Shown here: positions 1 to 11,985 of the stretch, piece by piece
Layout of the letters: each line of letters opens with the position of its first letter
How positions within the stretch are numbered: position 1 is the stretch's first letter
Source of the DNA: Nitrospirota bacterium
Lineage (GTDB): Bacteria > Nitrospirota > JACRHJ01
Direction of reading: 5' to 3'
Assembly: GCA_963733375.1 (NCBI GenBank)
Contig: CAVTDB010000017.1
Location: 1-64,000 of the forward strand
DNA: 64,000 nt
Position numbers and translations under genes: made by a program
The notes under the pieces: model-generated
Told to the model about the DNA's origin: nothing
The model's input: the letters and a program-made list of their open reading frames with translations, nothing else
Databases searched by the model: none

Positions 1-1
1 A

Positions 2-901
2 GTGAAGAAAGTTGCAATCATTTCTTTTTTATTAATGTTGACGATGGCGGGGCCTGCGTTTGCTCAGGTGCAAAATGCCGGGGCAGGTGAGGAGGGGGTA
101 AAGTTTTCTATCGGGTACAATGGGGCGTACCTGCATTATGAAGAAATCAATCCCGGTAATGACCCCAGGTTCGGCGAAGTTTTAGACAAGGACACCGGCT
201 GGCTGAACGGGGTGAGCACCGAACTGAGGTATGACAACCCGGTGTCTCTTCCGTTTTTTGCGCGGTTTGACTTCGACTGGCTGACTTCGGGCAGTGCAAA
301 ATATACCGGCGCGTTGCAGAACGGGACCCCGCTTACCATGTCCACCCCGGAGTCCATATACAAAGGGGAATTAAACCTCGGCTACAAGATATGGAATCCC
401 GCGAACTTTTCGCTGGCCCCGTATCTGGGCGTGGGCTACCGGAGCTGGGTTCGGGGGCAGGACACTCTTCCCGATTATCAGGAGATTTATAACTGGTGGT
501 ACGGGGCGGCAGGCATAGAAGCTAAATTCAGGGCCGGACGCCTGCTGGCAGGTGTTGACGCCGCCGCGTTATGGCCCTTTAGTCCGACGATGAAGACCAA
601 TGTCGCAGGCCAGACGGACCAGGCGGCATTTACCCTTAAAAGCCGTTTAGGCTACGGCGTTCAGCTCCCCGTATCATATGATATTTCCGCAAAAAAGGGT
701 GTCTCCGGGAGAGACGTTTCCGAACCAACCCAGCAGTACAAGTTTTTTGTGTTCATGACGCCTTACTATCAGCGCTGGAACGTCGGCAAATCAGGAACCG
801 TTATTCTGACGTCAGGCCAGGTGCCGGTCGCTTCGGCGCTTGAGCCCACGAGCCATACGAACCTCTACGGCGTGAAAGCCGGACTCGGCGTGAGCTATTG
901 A
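2..901 (+). CDS. Outer-membrane beta-barrel protein of unknown function
   Basis: Sec signal (MKKVAIISFLLMLTMAGPAFA), alternating aromatic/hydrophobic beta-strands, C-terminal beta-signal-like GVKAGLGVSY. Confidence 0.65.
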   Translation: MKKVAIISFLLMLTMAGPAFAQVQNAGAGEEGVKFSIGYNGAYLHYEEINPGNDPRFGEVLDKDTGWLNGVSTELRYDNPVSLPFFARFDFDWLTSGSAKYTGALQNGTPLTMSTPESIYKGELNLGYKIWNPANFSLAPYLGVGYRSWVRGQDTLPDYQEIYNWWYGAAGIEAKFRAGRLLAGVDAAALWPFSPTMKTNVAGQTDQAAFTLKSRLGYGVQLPVSYDISAKKGVSGRDVSEPTQQYKFFVFMTPYYQRWNVGKSGTVILTSGQVPVASALEPTSHTNLYGVKAGLGVSY

Positions 902-922
902 GCCATTGAGCTATTAGCTCTT

Positions 923-969
923 TCCTCCCTCCCTTCCGCGGCTTCGGGCGCGGAGTGGGGCGGGGGGGT
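923..969. repeat. GC-rich REP-like palindrome (CCCTCCC...GGG type)
   Basis: ctccctcccttccgcg-gcttcggg-cgcggagtggggcggggggg; similar architecture to 21428-21478. Confidence 0.35.
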
Positions 970-1036
970 AAGTAGAGCCGGATAATTAAGTGTATTCATT
1001 GATAGTATTATTTTAATGTTCCGCGACTTGCGCATA

Positions 1037-1064
1037 TTGTGAAAATATAGTATATCAGTATAAT
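1037..1064 (+). promoter_or_regulatory. Putative sigma70 promoter upstream of sat
   Basis: TTGTGA-16 nt-TATAAT in an AT-rich intergenic region. Confidence 0.35.
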
Positions 1065-1343
1065 GCACCGAGCCGGTTCCGCCAGCGCAAGGTGTTTATT
1101 TTCCTTATAACCCATCAAAATCTTTTATAGGGGCTGGAGTTAGCGTCAGTCATCCTTTAGAATTCCGGAAGTTATAGTTATAAGTCGGCCTGATACCGCG
1201 ATTTCATTCTTTCGTTTATCCCGATATTAATATTATTAATTGGAAACATCGTTTGTAAGGTTGTACACTCTGTCCCGTCATAGGACTATTGCGTGCAGTG
1301 TTCATGGTTCCGGCCATAACTATAAAACAAGGAGGAATTAAAA

Positions 1344-2558
1344 ATGGCACTTGTTAATCCGCACGGAAAAGCAAAGAAGCTGATGCCGCTTCTTCTGGAG
1401 GGCAAGGACCTGGAGCAGGCTAAAGCAGCCGCGAAAGGTCTGGACCAGGTCAAGATGACCAGCCGCGAGACCTCAGACCTAATCATGATGGGCATAGGCG
1501 CCTTCACCCCGCTCACGGGCTTCATGACGAAGGCCGACTGGCAGGGCGTCTGCGACAAGTTCGTCACCGCCGACGGCACCTTCTTCCCCATCCCGATCAC
1601 CCTGTCCACCAACAAGGGCCAGGCCGACGCCTTAAAGATAGGCCAGGAAGTCGCGCTCGTGGACGAAGAAACGGGCGAGCTGATGGGGTCTATGACGATA
1701 AAGGAAAAATATTCCATCGATAAAGCCCACGAGTGCATGACCGTATACACCACCACGGACATGGAGCACCCGGGCGTCCAGAAGGTCATGGAGCAGGGCG
1801 AAGTGAACCTGGCCGGTCCGGTGAAGGTGTTCTCCGAGGGCCATTACCCGGAGACGTACAAGGGCCTGTACATGAGGCCTGCCGAGACCAGGAAGCTCTT
1901 CGAAGATAAGGGCTGGAAGACCGTCGCCGCGTTCCAGACCAGGAACCCGATGCACCGTTCGCACGAGTACCTTGCGAAGATCGCCATCGAGATACTCGAC
2001 GGCTGCTGCATACACATGCTGCTCGGCAAGCTGAAGCCCGGCGACATACCGGCGGAAGTCAGGACGAAGGCCATCGACGCCCTGGTCGAGAATTACTTCG
2101 TAAAAGACACCTGCGTCGTCTCCGGCTACCCGATGGAGATGCGTTACGCCGGCCCGCGCGAGGCGCTGCTTCACGCGCTCTTCAGGCAGAACTACGGCAT
2201 GAGCCACCTGCTCGTCGGCCGCGACCACGCCGGAGTGGGCGACTACTACGGCCCGTTCGACGCCCACCAGATATTCGACAAGATACCCGAGGGCGCGCTT
2301 GAGACCCAGCCGATGAAGATAGACCTGTCCTTCTACTGCACGAAGTGCGACGGCATGGCATCGAGCAAGACCTGCTGCCACGGCAAGGAAGACAGGATGA
2401 TCGTCTCCGGCACGAAGCTCAGGAAGATGCTCTCCGAGGGCGACGAGGTCCCCGACCACTTCAGCCGTCCGGAAGTTCTGACCATACTCAGGGCATACTA
2501 CGAGGGTCTGACCGAGAAGGTTGAAATAAAGATGCACAAGCACGCTGAAGGCAAGTAA
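1344..2558 (+). CDS. sat: Dissimilatory sulfate adenylyltransferase
   Basis: [22 protein letters not shown] and GRDHAG motifs; strong RBS AGGAGG; adjacent to aprBA. Confidence 0.97.
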   Translation: MALVNPHGKAKKLMPLLLEGKDLEQAKAAAKGLDQVKMTSRETSDLIMMGIGAFTPLTGFMTKADWQGVCDKFVTADGTFFPIPITLSTNKGQADALKIGQEVALVDEETGELMGSMTIKEKYSIDKAHECMTVYTTTDMEHPGVQKVMEQGEVNLAGPVKVFSEGHYPETYKGLYMRPAETRKLFEDKGWKTVAAFQTRNPMHRSHEYLAKIAIEILDGCCIHMLLGKLKPGDIPAEVRTKAIDALVENYFVKDTCVVSGYPMEMRYAGPREALLHALFRQNYGMSHLLVGRDHAGVGDYYGPFDAHQIFDKIPEGALETQPMKIDLSFYCTKCDGMASSKTCCHGKEDRMIVSGTKLRKMLSEGDEVPDHFSRPEVLTILRAYYEGLTEKVEIKMHKHAEGK

Positions 2559-2703
2559 ATAAGAGTACTAAGAGTATAGTTATTTATTTTATGTCGAAGG
2601 AGGTGGGTAAAAGTTTTTTTCGGGAAGTCTGTCAAAAACGCTTCCGTCCCTCGGCGGGACGGAAGCAAACGCAAACGAAAATTTGCAGGAGGAGGGCTTA
2701 AAG

Positions 2704-3126
2704 ATGCCGAGTTGTGTAAACGTCGAAAAATGTGACGGCTGCAAGGGCAAGGACAAGACTGCTTGCCAGTACATCTGCCCGAATGACCTGATGAAGCTGG
2801 ACAGAAACACCATGAAGGCTTGGAACCAGGAGCCGGAAGGGTGCTGGGAGTGCTACTCATGCGTTAAGATATGCCCCCAGAGCGCCATCGAAGTCAGGGC
2901 TTACGCGGACATAGTTCCCCTTGGCGGGAGCGTCGTGCCTCTCAGAGGTTCGGACTCCATCATGTGGACCGTGAAGTTCCGTAACGGCAAACTCAAGAGG
3001 TTCAAGTTCCCCATCAGGACCACCCCGGAAGGCTCCATAAAGCCGTACGAAGGCGTGCCTGAGCCGGGCGACATAAAGGACCAGCTCCTCTTAACCGAGG
3101 CGGGCAAGACGCTGCCGAAGCTTTAA
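2704..3126 (+). CDS. aprB: Adenylylsulfate reductase beta subunit
   Basis: Two 4Fe-4S motifs (CDGC..CQYICP; CWECYSCVKICP), SIMWTVKFRNG and RFKFPIRTTPEG. Confidence 0.97.
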   Translation: MPSCVNVEKCDGCKGKDKTACQYICPNDLMKLDRNTMKAWNQEPEGCWECYSCVKICPQSAIEVRAYADIVPLGGSVVPLRGSDSIMWTVKFRNGKLKRFKFPIRTTPEGSIKPYEGVPEPGDIKDQLLLTEAGKTLPKL

Positions 3127-3185
3127 GCCGTATATTGGGTTATGGGACGGAACAGTTCACTAAAAAAGTCCAAGGAGGATAGGAT

Positions 3186-5117
3186 ATGTCTTTAGAGAGA
3201 GAAAGCTGCACGTCTTCATTTTGTGAGGACCCGCAGATAATAGAGATGGATACCGATATACTGCTCATCGGCGGCGGCATGGCCTGCTGCGGTGCGGCAT
3301 TCGAGGTAATGCCCTGGGCCAAGAAGTACGGCCTGAAGGTGACCCTGGTCGACAAGGCGGCGATGGACCGCTCCGGCGCCGTCGCGCAGGGCCTTTCCGC
3401 CATCAACACCTACCTGGGCGACCAGGACCCCGCCGACTACGTCCGCATGGTCAAGAACGACCTCATGGGCATAGTCAGCGACGACCTTGATCTATGACGT
3501 GGGCCGCCACGTCGACGATTCCGTCCACCTCTTCGAGAAGTGGGGCCTGCCCATCTGGAAGCAGGCCGGCGACGAGGACAAGCCCCTGCGACAAGGGCGG
3601 CAAGCCCGTCCGCTCCGGCAAGTGGCAGATAATGATCAACGGCGAGTCCTACAAGGTCATCGTCGCCGAGGCCGCCAAGAAGGCCCTGGGCGAAGAGAAC
3701 ATCCTTGAGAGGGTGTTCATCGTCAAGCTGGTCCTCGACGAGAAGGAAGACAACAGGATCGCGGCTGCGGTTGGTTTCTCCACCCGCGAGAACAAGATCT
3801 ACGTACATCCGCGCCAACGCGATGCTGCTGGCCGCCGGCGGCGCCGTCAACATCTTCAGGCCGCGTTCCGTCGCGTGAAGGCATGGGCCGCGCGTGGTAT
3901 CCGGTATGGAACGCAGGCTCCACCTACACGATGGCCGCCCAGGTCGGCGCAGAGCTGACCATGATGGAAAACCGCTTCGTGCCCGCCCGCTTCAAGGACG
4001 GCTACGGCCCGGTCGGCGCATGGTTCCTTCTCTTCAAGGCGAAGGCCACCAACTCCATGGGCGAGAACTACATGATAAAGAACGCGGACATGCTGAAGGA
4101 CTATCCGCCTTACGGCCTGGCCGCGGTCCCCGCGACCTGCCTGCGCAACCACCTGATGCTGAAGGAGATGAAGGAAGGCCGCGGCCCGATATACATGGAC
4201 ACCGCCACCGCGATGAAAGAGCTGTCGGCGACGATGACGCCGAAGGAGGTCAAGCACCTCGAAGCCGAGGCGTGGGAAGACTTCCTCGACATGTGCGTCG
4301 GTCAGGCCGGCCTCTGGGCTGGCATGAACATCCAGCCGGAACTCGTCGGCTCCGAGCTTATGCCGACCGAGCCGTACATGCTCGGCTCTCACTCCGGCTG
4401 CTGCGGCATCTGGGTCTCCGGCCCGGATGACTTCGCTCCCGCCGAGTGGCAGTGGGGATATAACAGGATGACCACCGTCAAGGGCCTGTTCACCGCTGGC
4501 GACGGCGTCGGCGCCTCCGGCCACAAGTTCTCCTCCGGCTCACACGCCGAAGGGCGCATCGCGGCCAAGGCCATGGTCAAGTTCTGCCTGGACAACAAGG
4601 ACTTCAAGGCGACCGTATCCAAGACCGGCAAGGAGTTCGCGGCCGAGATACTAGAAGCCCGTTCAAGACCTTCGTGGAGCACAAGGACGACACCACGGAC
4701 GACTACATCAACCCGAACTACATCAGGCCGAAGATGCTCATGTACCGTCTGAACAAGATCATGGACGAGTACGTTGCCGGCACCTCGACCTACTACAACA
4801 CCTCGGCCGCGCTGATGAACAGGGCGCTCGAGCTCCTCACCTGGCTGAAGGAAGACGCCGAGAAGATGGCCGCCAAGGACCTGCACGAGCTGATGAGATG
4901 CTGGGAGAACTACCACCGGATATTCACCGCGGAAGCCCACCTCCGCCACATCATGTTCAGGGAAGAGACCCGCTACCCGGGCTTCTTCTACAGGACCGAC
5001 TTCCCGAAGCTGGACGAAGCGAACTGGAAGTGCTTCGTCAACTCCAAGATCAACCCGAAGACCGGCGAGTGGAAGTGCTTCAAGGTCGCTCACAAGGACC
5101 TCGTCCCGGCGAAGTAG
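3186..5117 (+). CDS. aprA: Adenylylsulfate reductase alpha subunit (several frameshifts, probably sequencing errors)
   Basis: FAD motif IGGGMACCG, RSGAVAQGLSAIN, WQIMINGESYK, GHKFSSGSHAEG, REETRYPG spread over ORFs 3186, 3494, 3883, 4674. Confidence 0.96.
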
Positions 5118-5133
5118 TAATTGATTGAAACGA

Positions 5134-5223
5134 GTCGGCCCGCGGACAGAAATGTCCGCGGGCTGGCAATCGTCCAACCCGGAAATCTCCGGCTGAGCGG
5201 ATATTTCCGGATTGGATGAGCGA
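5134..5223 (+). other. Two consecutive stable stem-loops between aprA and qmoA
   Basis: gcccgcggaca-gaaa-tgtccgcgggc, then tccaacccggaaatctccg...cggatatttccggattgga; no U-tract. Confidence 0.55.
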
Positions 5224-5314
5224 GTTACGCTTTCCCCAATAATGGTCAACATTTTGGGCCGTGTGCCCGGAATCCGGGTCAGCGCGCCTGGAATTTTATG
5301 AACGGAGAGGCTGT

Positions 5315-6561
5315 ATGGCGGAGAACAAGAGCATTCTGGTCATCGGAGGCGGCATAAGCGGGATATCCGTTGCCGTCGAAGCGGCCGAAGTGGGGTACAA
5401 GGTCCACTTGATTGAAAGGAACCCTTACCTGGGCGGGAGGGTGGCCCAGCTGAACAAGTACTTCCCGAAGTTGTGCCCGCCCTACTGCGGCCTGGAGATA
5501 AACTTCAGGCGCATTCGCCCCAACCCCGACATCGACGTAATGACGATGAGCGAAGTGGTGAAGGTGGAAGGCGGCCCGGGCAATTTCACGGTCAGCGTAA
5601 GGACGAACCCGCGCTACGTGAACACGGCCTGCACATCCTGCGGCAAGTGCGCCGAGGCCTGCCCCGCCGAGCGGGCGAACAGCTTCAACTACGGCATGAA
5701 CAAGACTAAAGCGGCTTACCTGCCGCACGACCTGGCGTTCCCGATGAGATACGTCATAGACCGTCCCGCATGCGCTCCGGCTGCAAGGCCTGCGAAGACG
5801 CCTGCAAGTACGGCGCGGTGGAGCTCGACATGGCTCCGCAGACGACAGAGCTGAAGGTCGGCTCCATCGTCTATGCGACCGGCTGGAAGCCCTACGACAT
5901 GGCGAACCTGAAAATCCTGGGAGAAGGCAAGGCCAAAAATATAATCTCCAACGTCATGATGGAGCGCCTCGCATCTCCGGGCGGCCCGACCGCCGGAAAG
6001 ATACTTCGCCCCTCGGACGGCAAGGAGGCCAAGGTTGTCGGCTTCGTCCAGTGCGCCGGGAGCCGCGACGAAAACCATCTCCCCCAGTGCTCGTCCATAT
6101 GCTGCATGGCCTCCATAAAGCAGGCGTTCTACCTCAGGGACCAGTACCCGGACTCGACGGCCGAGATATTCTACATAGACCTAAGGACGCCGGGGCGGTA
6201 CGAGAAGTTCCTTAACCGCGCCGAGGCGGACGAGAACATAAAACTCACCAAGGGCAAGGTCGCGGCGGTCTTTGAAGACCCGGAGACCGGCGACGTCACG
6301 GTGGAGCTGGAAGACGTGATGGCGGGCGTCAAGAGAAAAGCGACGGTGGACATGCTGGTGCTTGCTACCGGCATGGAGCCGGAAATGAGGGGCGCGTCAG
6401 GTGCGGCTTCGGTGAACCAGGATGGGTTCGCCCTTGCAGACCTGCAGAAGCCAGGGATATATTCTACGGGGGTGGCCAAAGGCCCGGCGGACGTTATGAC
6501 GTCTATCCAGGACGCGGCCGGGACGGCTCTCAAGGCGATGCAGTCGATAGTCAGGAGTTAG
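5315..6561 (+). CDS. qmoA: QmoA (HdrA-like flavoprotein); frameshift near 5770
   Basis: VIGGGISG, YFPKLCPPYCGLE, FVQCAGSRDENHLPQCSSICC; lies directly after aprA. Confidence 0.92.
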
Positions 6562-6565
6562 CCAA

Positions 6566-8857
6566 ATGGACAGGAAACTCGGCATTTATCTTTGTTCCGG
6601 CTGCGGCATCTCTGATGCCGTGGATATGGAGAAACTCGAAAAGGTGGCCACTGTAGGGCTGAAGGCAGCCACGTGCGCGGTCCACCCCTTCCTCTGCGGG
6701 AAGGAAGGCGCCGCGAAAATAGCCGCGGACGTTAAAGACGGCGTGAACACGGTGGTGATAGCCGCATGTTCGCCCAGAGTGATGTACGACGTATTCGAGT
6801 ACGGCCCCCAGGTGGTGCTGGAAAGGGTGAACATCCGCGAGCACGTCGCCTGGTCTCAGCCCGGCGCCGAGAAAGTCGTGGAGCCGGCGGCGGAAGGTTC
6901 AGACGCGGCGCCGACTGAAAAAATCGTGTTCAACGGACCCACCCAGATGATGGCGGCGGACTACCTCCGCATAGGGCAGGCGAAGGCGATGAAGGCGGAG
7001 CCGCCGGAGCCGTTCAAGCAGGACCTGACGATGACCATACTCGTGGTCGGCGGCGGCGTGACCGGCATGCGCTCCGCGCTGGACGCCTCGCTCATGGGAT
7101 ACAAGGTCGTCCTGGTCGAGAAGACCGGCGCCCTGGGCGGCTGGAACGCCAAGTCCTACATGCAGCTGCCCACGAAAGGCGATTTCTCCGTGGCGGAGGA
7201 GCCGATAGCGGGCGAGCTTATCGCGCAGGTGCGCTCAGACGGCAATATAAAAGTTTACCTGAACGCCGAAGTGACGAAGACGGCGGGCGCGCCCGGTCTG
7301 TACGACGTGACGATAACGTCCGGCGGCACGGAGACCGTGGAGAAGATTGGCACCGTGATAATGGCGGTGGGCTCCGAGCCTTACGACCCCGCGAACCTGG
7401 CCGACAAGTACGGCTACGGGAACCTGGCGAACGTGGTGACGAGCGTCCAGTTAGAGGGCATGGCCAAGGAAGGCTCCATCAAGAGGCCGTCCGACGGCAA
7501 GGCCGCCAAGAGCGTGCTGTTCATACAGTGCGCCGGCTCGCGCGACCCGCAGCATCTCCCCTATTGCTCATCTACCTGCTGCATGACTTCACTCAGGCAG
7601 GCCGGATATATCCGTCAGAGCTCGGACGAAGCGAAGGCGATAATAGTCTACAAGGACATGCGCACTCCGGGGCTCTACGAGAACTACTACAAAGTAGCCC
7701 AGAACGACCCGGGAATATTCCTGACGAAGGGCGAGGTCGTCGGCATTACCGAAGAAGGCAACGGGAGCCTTTTAGTTGAAGTGTCGGACAGCCTGATCGG
7801 CGAGAAGGTGTCGATAAGGACGGACCTGGTGGTGCTGGCTACGGGCATGGTCCCGAACACCAAGCCGCTTGACCGGGCCTCCAACGAGCTTCCCGTCAGG
7901 ACGCTGGCATTCGAAGCGGCCGAGGCGGCAAAAGGCTTAAAACCCCCGACGCCCGCGCCGGTGCTGAACCTTCAGTACCGCCAGGGGCCGGAAGTCCCGA
8001 CGCTTGAGTACGGCTTCCCGGACTCCCACTACATATGCTTCCCCTACGAGACCCAGAGGACCGGCATATACGCCGCGGGCGCGGTGCGCTCCCCGATGGG
8101 CGTGGGCGAGGCGCTTCGCGACGCCTCCGGCGCCGCGCTGAAGGCGATACAGTGCCTGGAACTGACCGCGAGGGGCGCGGCCGTCCACCCGAGGGCGGGA
8201 GACATGACCTATCCGGAGTTCCGCCTGGAGTCCTGCACGCAGTGCAAGCGCTGCACCGAGGAGTGCCCGTTCGGCACCCTGGACGAGGACGAGAAGGGGA
8301 CGCCGAAGCCCAACCCGACCCGCTGCCGCCGTTGCGGCGTGTGCATGGGCGCATGTCCCCAGAGGATAATCTCTTTCAAGAACTACTCCGTGGACATAAT
8401 CGGCTCGATGATAAAGGCGGTGGACGTGCCGTCCGACGACGACTCCCAGATGCGCTTCATCTGCCTGATGTGCGAGAACGACGCATACCCGGCGCTCGAC
8501 ATGCTGGGCATCAACCGGCTCACGTACCACAACAACCTGCGCGTGATTCCGGTGCGGTGCCTGGGCTCGGTCAACGTGGTCTGGATAGCGGACGCCCTCT
8601 CGCGCGGTATTGACGGGATAATCATGGCGGGATGCAAGTTCGGCGAAGACTACCAGTGCCACTTCATCAAGGGTTCCGAGCAGTGCAACAAGAGGATGGA
8701 CAACGTGCAGGAGACGCTGCAGAGGCTCTCTCTCGAAAAGGAACGCGTCCAGCAGATACAGGTCACCGCTTCGGATTACGCCCAGCTTCCGGCTATCCTG
8801 GACAAGATGGTTGAGGAAATAAAAGCAATGGGCCCAAATCCTTTCAAGGGCTTTTAG
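6566..8857 (+). CDS. qmoB: QmoB (HdrA-like with C-terminal MvhD domain)
   Basis: [11 protein letters not shown] motif [43 protein letters not shown]. Confidence 0.95.
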   Translation: MDRKLGIYLCSGCGISDAVDMEKLEKVATVGLKAATCAVHPFLCGKEGAAKIAADVKDGVNTVVIAACSPRVMYDVFEYGPQVVLERVNIREHVAWSQPGAEKVVEPAAEGSDAAPTEKIVFNGPTQMMAADYLRIGQAKAMKAEPPEPFKQDLTMTILVVGGGVTGMRSALDASLMGYKVVLVEKTGALGGWNAKSYMQLPTKGDFSVAEEPIAGELIAQVRSDGNIKVYLNAEVTKTAGAPGLYDVTITSGGTETVEKIGTVIMAVGSEPYDPANLADKYGYGNLANVVTSVQLEGMAKEGSIKRPSDGKAAKSVLFIQCAGSRDPQHLPYCSSTCCMTSLRQAGYIRQSSDEAKAIIVYKDMRTPGLYENYYKVAQNDPGIFLTKGEVVGITEEGNGSLLVEVSDSLIGEKVSIRTDLVVLATGMVPNTKPLDRASNELPVRTLAFEAAEAAKGLKPPTPAPVLNLQYRQGPEVPTLEYGFPDSHYICFPYETQRTGIYAAGAVRSPMGVGEALRDASGAALKAIQCLELTARGAAVHPRAGDMTYPEFRLESCTQCKRCTEECPFGTLDEDEKGTPKPNPTRCRRCGVCMGACPQRIISFKNYSVDIIGSMIKAVDVPSDDDSQMRFICLMCENDAYPALDMLGINRLTYHNNLRVIPVRCLGSVNVVWIADALSRGIDGIIMAGCKFGEDYQCHFIKGSEQCNKRMDNVQETLQRLSLEKERVQQIQVTASDYAQLPAILDKMVEEIKAMGPNPFKGF

Positions 8858-8867
8858 GAGGTTGACG

Positions 8868-10015
8868 ATGAATGGGACTATCATTGAGCCTGATCTCGGT
8901 TTTATAAAAGGCTTGACGGCTTCCGGAGCCGAATCACTGAAAAAATGCTACCAGTGCGCGACCTGCTCCGTGGTCTGCAAAATAGCCCCCGAAGGCAGCC
9001 CATTCCCGCGCAAGGAAATGGTCTGGGCGCAGTGGGGACTCAAGGACAAGCTTGCCGCGGACCCGGACGTATGGCTCTGCCATAACTGCGGGGACTGCAC
9101 CACCAACTGCCCGCGCGGCGCGAAGCCGGGCGAGGTGCTTGGGGCGCTTCGGAAGGCGACGATAGAGAAATACGCCCCGGTAAAGCCGCTCGCGGCCATA
9201 GCGAACAAAGGGCTTTTAGCCTCCATGGTTATCCCGGCCATAATAATACTGGGGATACTTGCGGCGCTGGGGCACCTGAACATGATGGCCACACGTACTC
9301 GAAGAAGGAGCTGATATTCAACGACTTCTTCCCCATCCACGTCGTCGACCCGCTCTTTACGCTGGTGTTTTTATTCGCGCTGGCTTCGGCGTTCGTCGGG
9401 GTAATGAAGTTCTGGAACGATATCTGCGACGGCGCGGGGCTCGGGAAGTTTACGGGCAGAAACGCCCTGCCCAGCATCCTGCCCACGATAGGACAGGTGC
9501 TGAAGCACAACGTATTTTCCTCGTGCGGCGAGAACAGGGACAGGAAGACCCCGCACCTGCTGGTGTTGTTCAGCTTCATCGCGCTCTCCATAACCACCGC
9601 CTGGGCGGTTTTCTACCTCTATGCCCTGGGCTGGAAGCCGGGTGAGTATTCCTCCCTGGCAAACCCGCTCAAGTGGCTTGGCAACGCTGGCGCCGCCATG
9701 CTTATCATCGGCTCCATCCTGCTTGTAAGAAACCGCAAGGCAAAGGCCGACAAGGAAGGCAATACCGGCTCCACTTTCGACTGGGCGCTTCTGTACCTTG
9801 TGCTCTTCATAGGCTTAACCGGTTTCGGCGCGGAAGTCCTGAGGATAGCGAATGTCGCGCCGGCCGCGTACGCAGGTCATATGCGATTCACCTGATACTC
9901 ATCCTGACACTGTTCATCTTACGCGCCGTACTCGAAGCTCGCGCACATGTTCTACAGGACCACCGCGATGGTTTTCGCCAAGCATACCGGGAGGGAACTG
10001 AGGTCCGCTTCCTGA
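8868..10015 (+). CDS. qmoC: QmoC (HdrC-like FeS domain plus heme b membrane domain); frameshifts near 9290 and 9880-9920
   Basis: [31 protein letters not shown], transmembrane helices, terminal [11 protein letters not shown]. Confidence 0.92.
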
Positions 10016-10141
10016 ACTCGGGCGCGATTCGCGGGTAATTTCAGATCGGCATGGGCGGATTAGCTTTCGAGAGTGCAGCGGAGGTTTCGGCGACTTGCGG
10101 ATTAAGATAAGCCGCTTGTTTCGTGGTACTTATGGATACTT

Positions 10142-10172
10142 AAAAAGGAGGCTTAAAAGGCCTCCTTTTTTT
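10142..10172. terminator. Bidirectional rho-independent terminator
   Basis: aaaaaggaggc-ttaaaag-gcctcctttttt between convergent genes. Confidence 0.8.
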
Positions 10173-10225
10173 ATTTAGCAACGCGCCTCCGCTGCTCAGG
10201 TAACTCAAGGCGATTAGCCGCTGAG

Positions 10226-10474
10226 CTACTTCTTCGGCTTCTTTGCCTCGGCCGCCTGGGCCTCTCCCAGCTTCTTCACGATCGGCACCGCAAGCCCGGT
10301 TACTTCTTTGGGCACTTCTTCCCCGAGTACCCAGTACAGCGCCGTCAGGTAAGTCGCCTGGCGGGCCACCTTGAAGAAATCCTCCGGCTCCACCTCGGTC
10401 TTGGTCGCAAAATCCTCCAGCGCCTTCATGCTGTCTTTTATTTTCGCGCGTATCTCAGCCTCGTTCCTGACCAT
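10226..10474 (-). CDS. Small hypothetical protein (82 aa)
   Basis: RBS AGGAGG, host-like codon usage, ALYWVLGE motif. Confidence 0.6.
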   Translation of the reverse strand: MVRNEAEIRAKIKDSMKALEDFATKTEVEPEDFFKVARQATYLTALYWVLGEEVPKEVTGLAVPIVKKLGEAQAAEAKKPKK

Positions 10475-10537
10475 CTTTCCTCCTTTTGACCGCGGATATC
10501 GTTCCGCTTTAGTTGATAGTGAAATCAATCAGACATG

Positions 10538-10681
10538 ATAGAATGCCGGGGGGCCAATGTCAAGAAATGAACGGAAATATCAGGGCTTCCGAAGTTCTTT
10601 TTTCAGGATTTTCCCGGTGGGGGTAGTCGGCAGATTCTCCATCAGCTCTACCTGTCTCGGCAGTTTGAACGAGGCGAGGCG
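10538..10681 (-). repeat. Diverged copy of the acyl-CoA ligase 3' end and downstream sequence (pairs with 11945-12087)
   Basis: Direct alignment gives about 15 differences in ~144 bp; encodes RLASFKLPRQVELMENLPTTPTGKILKKELRKP*. Confidence 0.9.
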
Positions 10682-10825
10682 CCGCTGCACGCCATGGCTG
10701 CCGGATCCAAGCAAAGAAACAATTCAGCACCTTTCCAAGTTTAAAAAAGGCGTGGATTATAGATAACTTGAACAATAAATAAATGAGGTTATATTCAAAA
10801 AAATCGATTTATCAGGAAGGACGAA

Positions 10826-11310
10826 ATGAGTGAAAATTTAGCAACTAATTTTGAACAAAAAAATATAGAAACGAGACCATTGCGCGAGATATCGCAGCTG
10901 AGATGCCAAAGATTATTGAGGAACATGAGAAGTGGTTAAAATCAAATAGCAAAGAAGGTAAATGGGCCGATCTAAGTTATTGCGATTTAAAAAATATCGA
11001 TTTTAGATGTGCCAATCTAAGTGGAGCAAATTTCTTTTATTCAAATTTAGAAGGAGCGATTCTGGCGGGCGGTGTTTTCCAAAATGCTTGTTTTGAAAAT
11101 GCGATTCTTAATAATGCATTTATTTCATCTTCGGATTTATATAATGCTAATTTAAAAAAGGAATGTTTAATAAAAGCTGAAATTCAATCCGGAAATTTAC
11201 AAAAGGCAAATCTAAAAGGTGCAATTCTAATTGGAGCAAATTTAAGAGACGCAATTCTTAAAGAAGCAAATATGAGCGAGTCCGATTTACATGAAGCATA
11301 TTTGCAATGA
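10826..11310 (+). CDS. Pentapeptide-repeat protein, AT-rich; frameshifted, with a garbled continuation to ~11480
   Basis: EEHEKWLKS...ADLS N-terminus; repeated ANLSG/ANLKG/AILKE units. Confidence 0.75.
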
Positions 11311-11698
11311 GCAGATTTAAAAGGCGTAAACCTCTGAACAGTAACCCGGTGGGGGGCCAGAATAAGAAATTCTTTACTGTCAGCATGGCTAGATTCTGAT
11401 AAAGACGACTTAAGAGGTGCCGCTCTTCCTGCTCAGGCTCCCGAATAGAAGGAGCAATTCTGTCCAATGGAAATAAAGAAATGATTCGAATAGCCATCTA
11501 TCGGCTCAATTGGAGGGATTTTTATCTCTGATCAATGCCGTCCTTGCCAGACGAAGTCTAAAAAATTCTCGGTGCCTATATATTCCATATATGATTACCG
11601 CGCGAATGCTCGCGGGCATCGCCGCTATGCGTCACCTTAGGCTGGATGTCGTTCGGGGTGGTAACAATCCGGCATAACAGGAAGAGCAAATTCTTTAA

Positions 11699-11926
11699 AA
11701 CGGCCTGTACCGGTTCGTCCGCCATCCGATATATTCTTTTTATATAATCTTCGATTTAGGGTTAATCTGCATTTCGTTCTCGCCTCGTAACTTGCTGGTT
11801 TTACTGGGCTTCGTCATCGCATGCTATCTCCGGGCCTCATACGAGGAGAAACTGCTGCACCTGGACCCCGCCTACCGCGATTACGCCGGGAAAACCCGCT
11901 ACATGTTCCTGCCGGGCATATTTTAA
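11699..11926 (+). pseudogene. C-terminal part of an isoprenylcysteine carboxylmethyltransferase (ICMT/PEMT) family membrane protein; 5' part garbled from ~11560
   Basis: My translation (not in the ORF track): NGLYRFVRHPIYSFYIIFDLG...YLRASYEEKLLHLDPAYRDYAGKTRYMFLPGIF*. Confidence 0.7.
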
Positions 11927-11985
11927 AACCTGCAAACTCCCAATATAGATTGCCGGAGGGGCAATGTCAAGAAGTGATGGGAATA

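Noticed and set aside
1030-1320. Rex operator upstream of sat
   Set aside because: Only a half-site (TTGTGAA) is present, with no convincing palindrome.
3186-10015. Programmed frameshifting or selenocysteine recoding in apr/qmo
   Set aside because: The breaks are indels like those across the whole window; I saw no in-frame TGA at a conserved Cys position.
10075-10195. 10-bp inverted repeat (gcagcggagg/cctccgctgc) flanking the qmo terminator
   Set aside because: Too short in GC-rich DNA to distinguish from chance.
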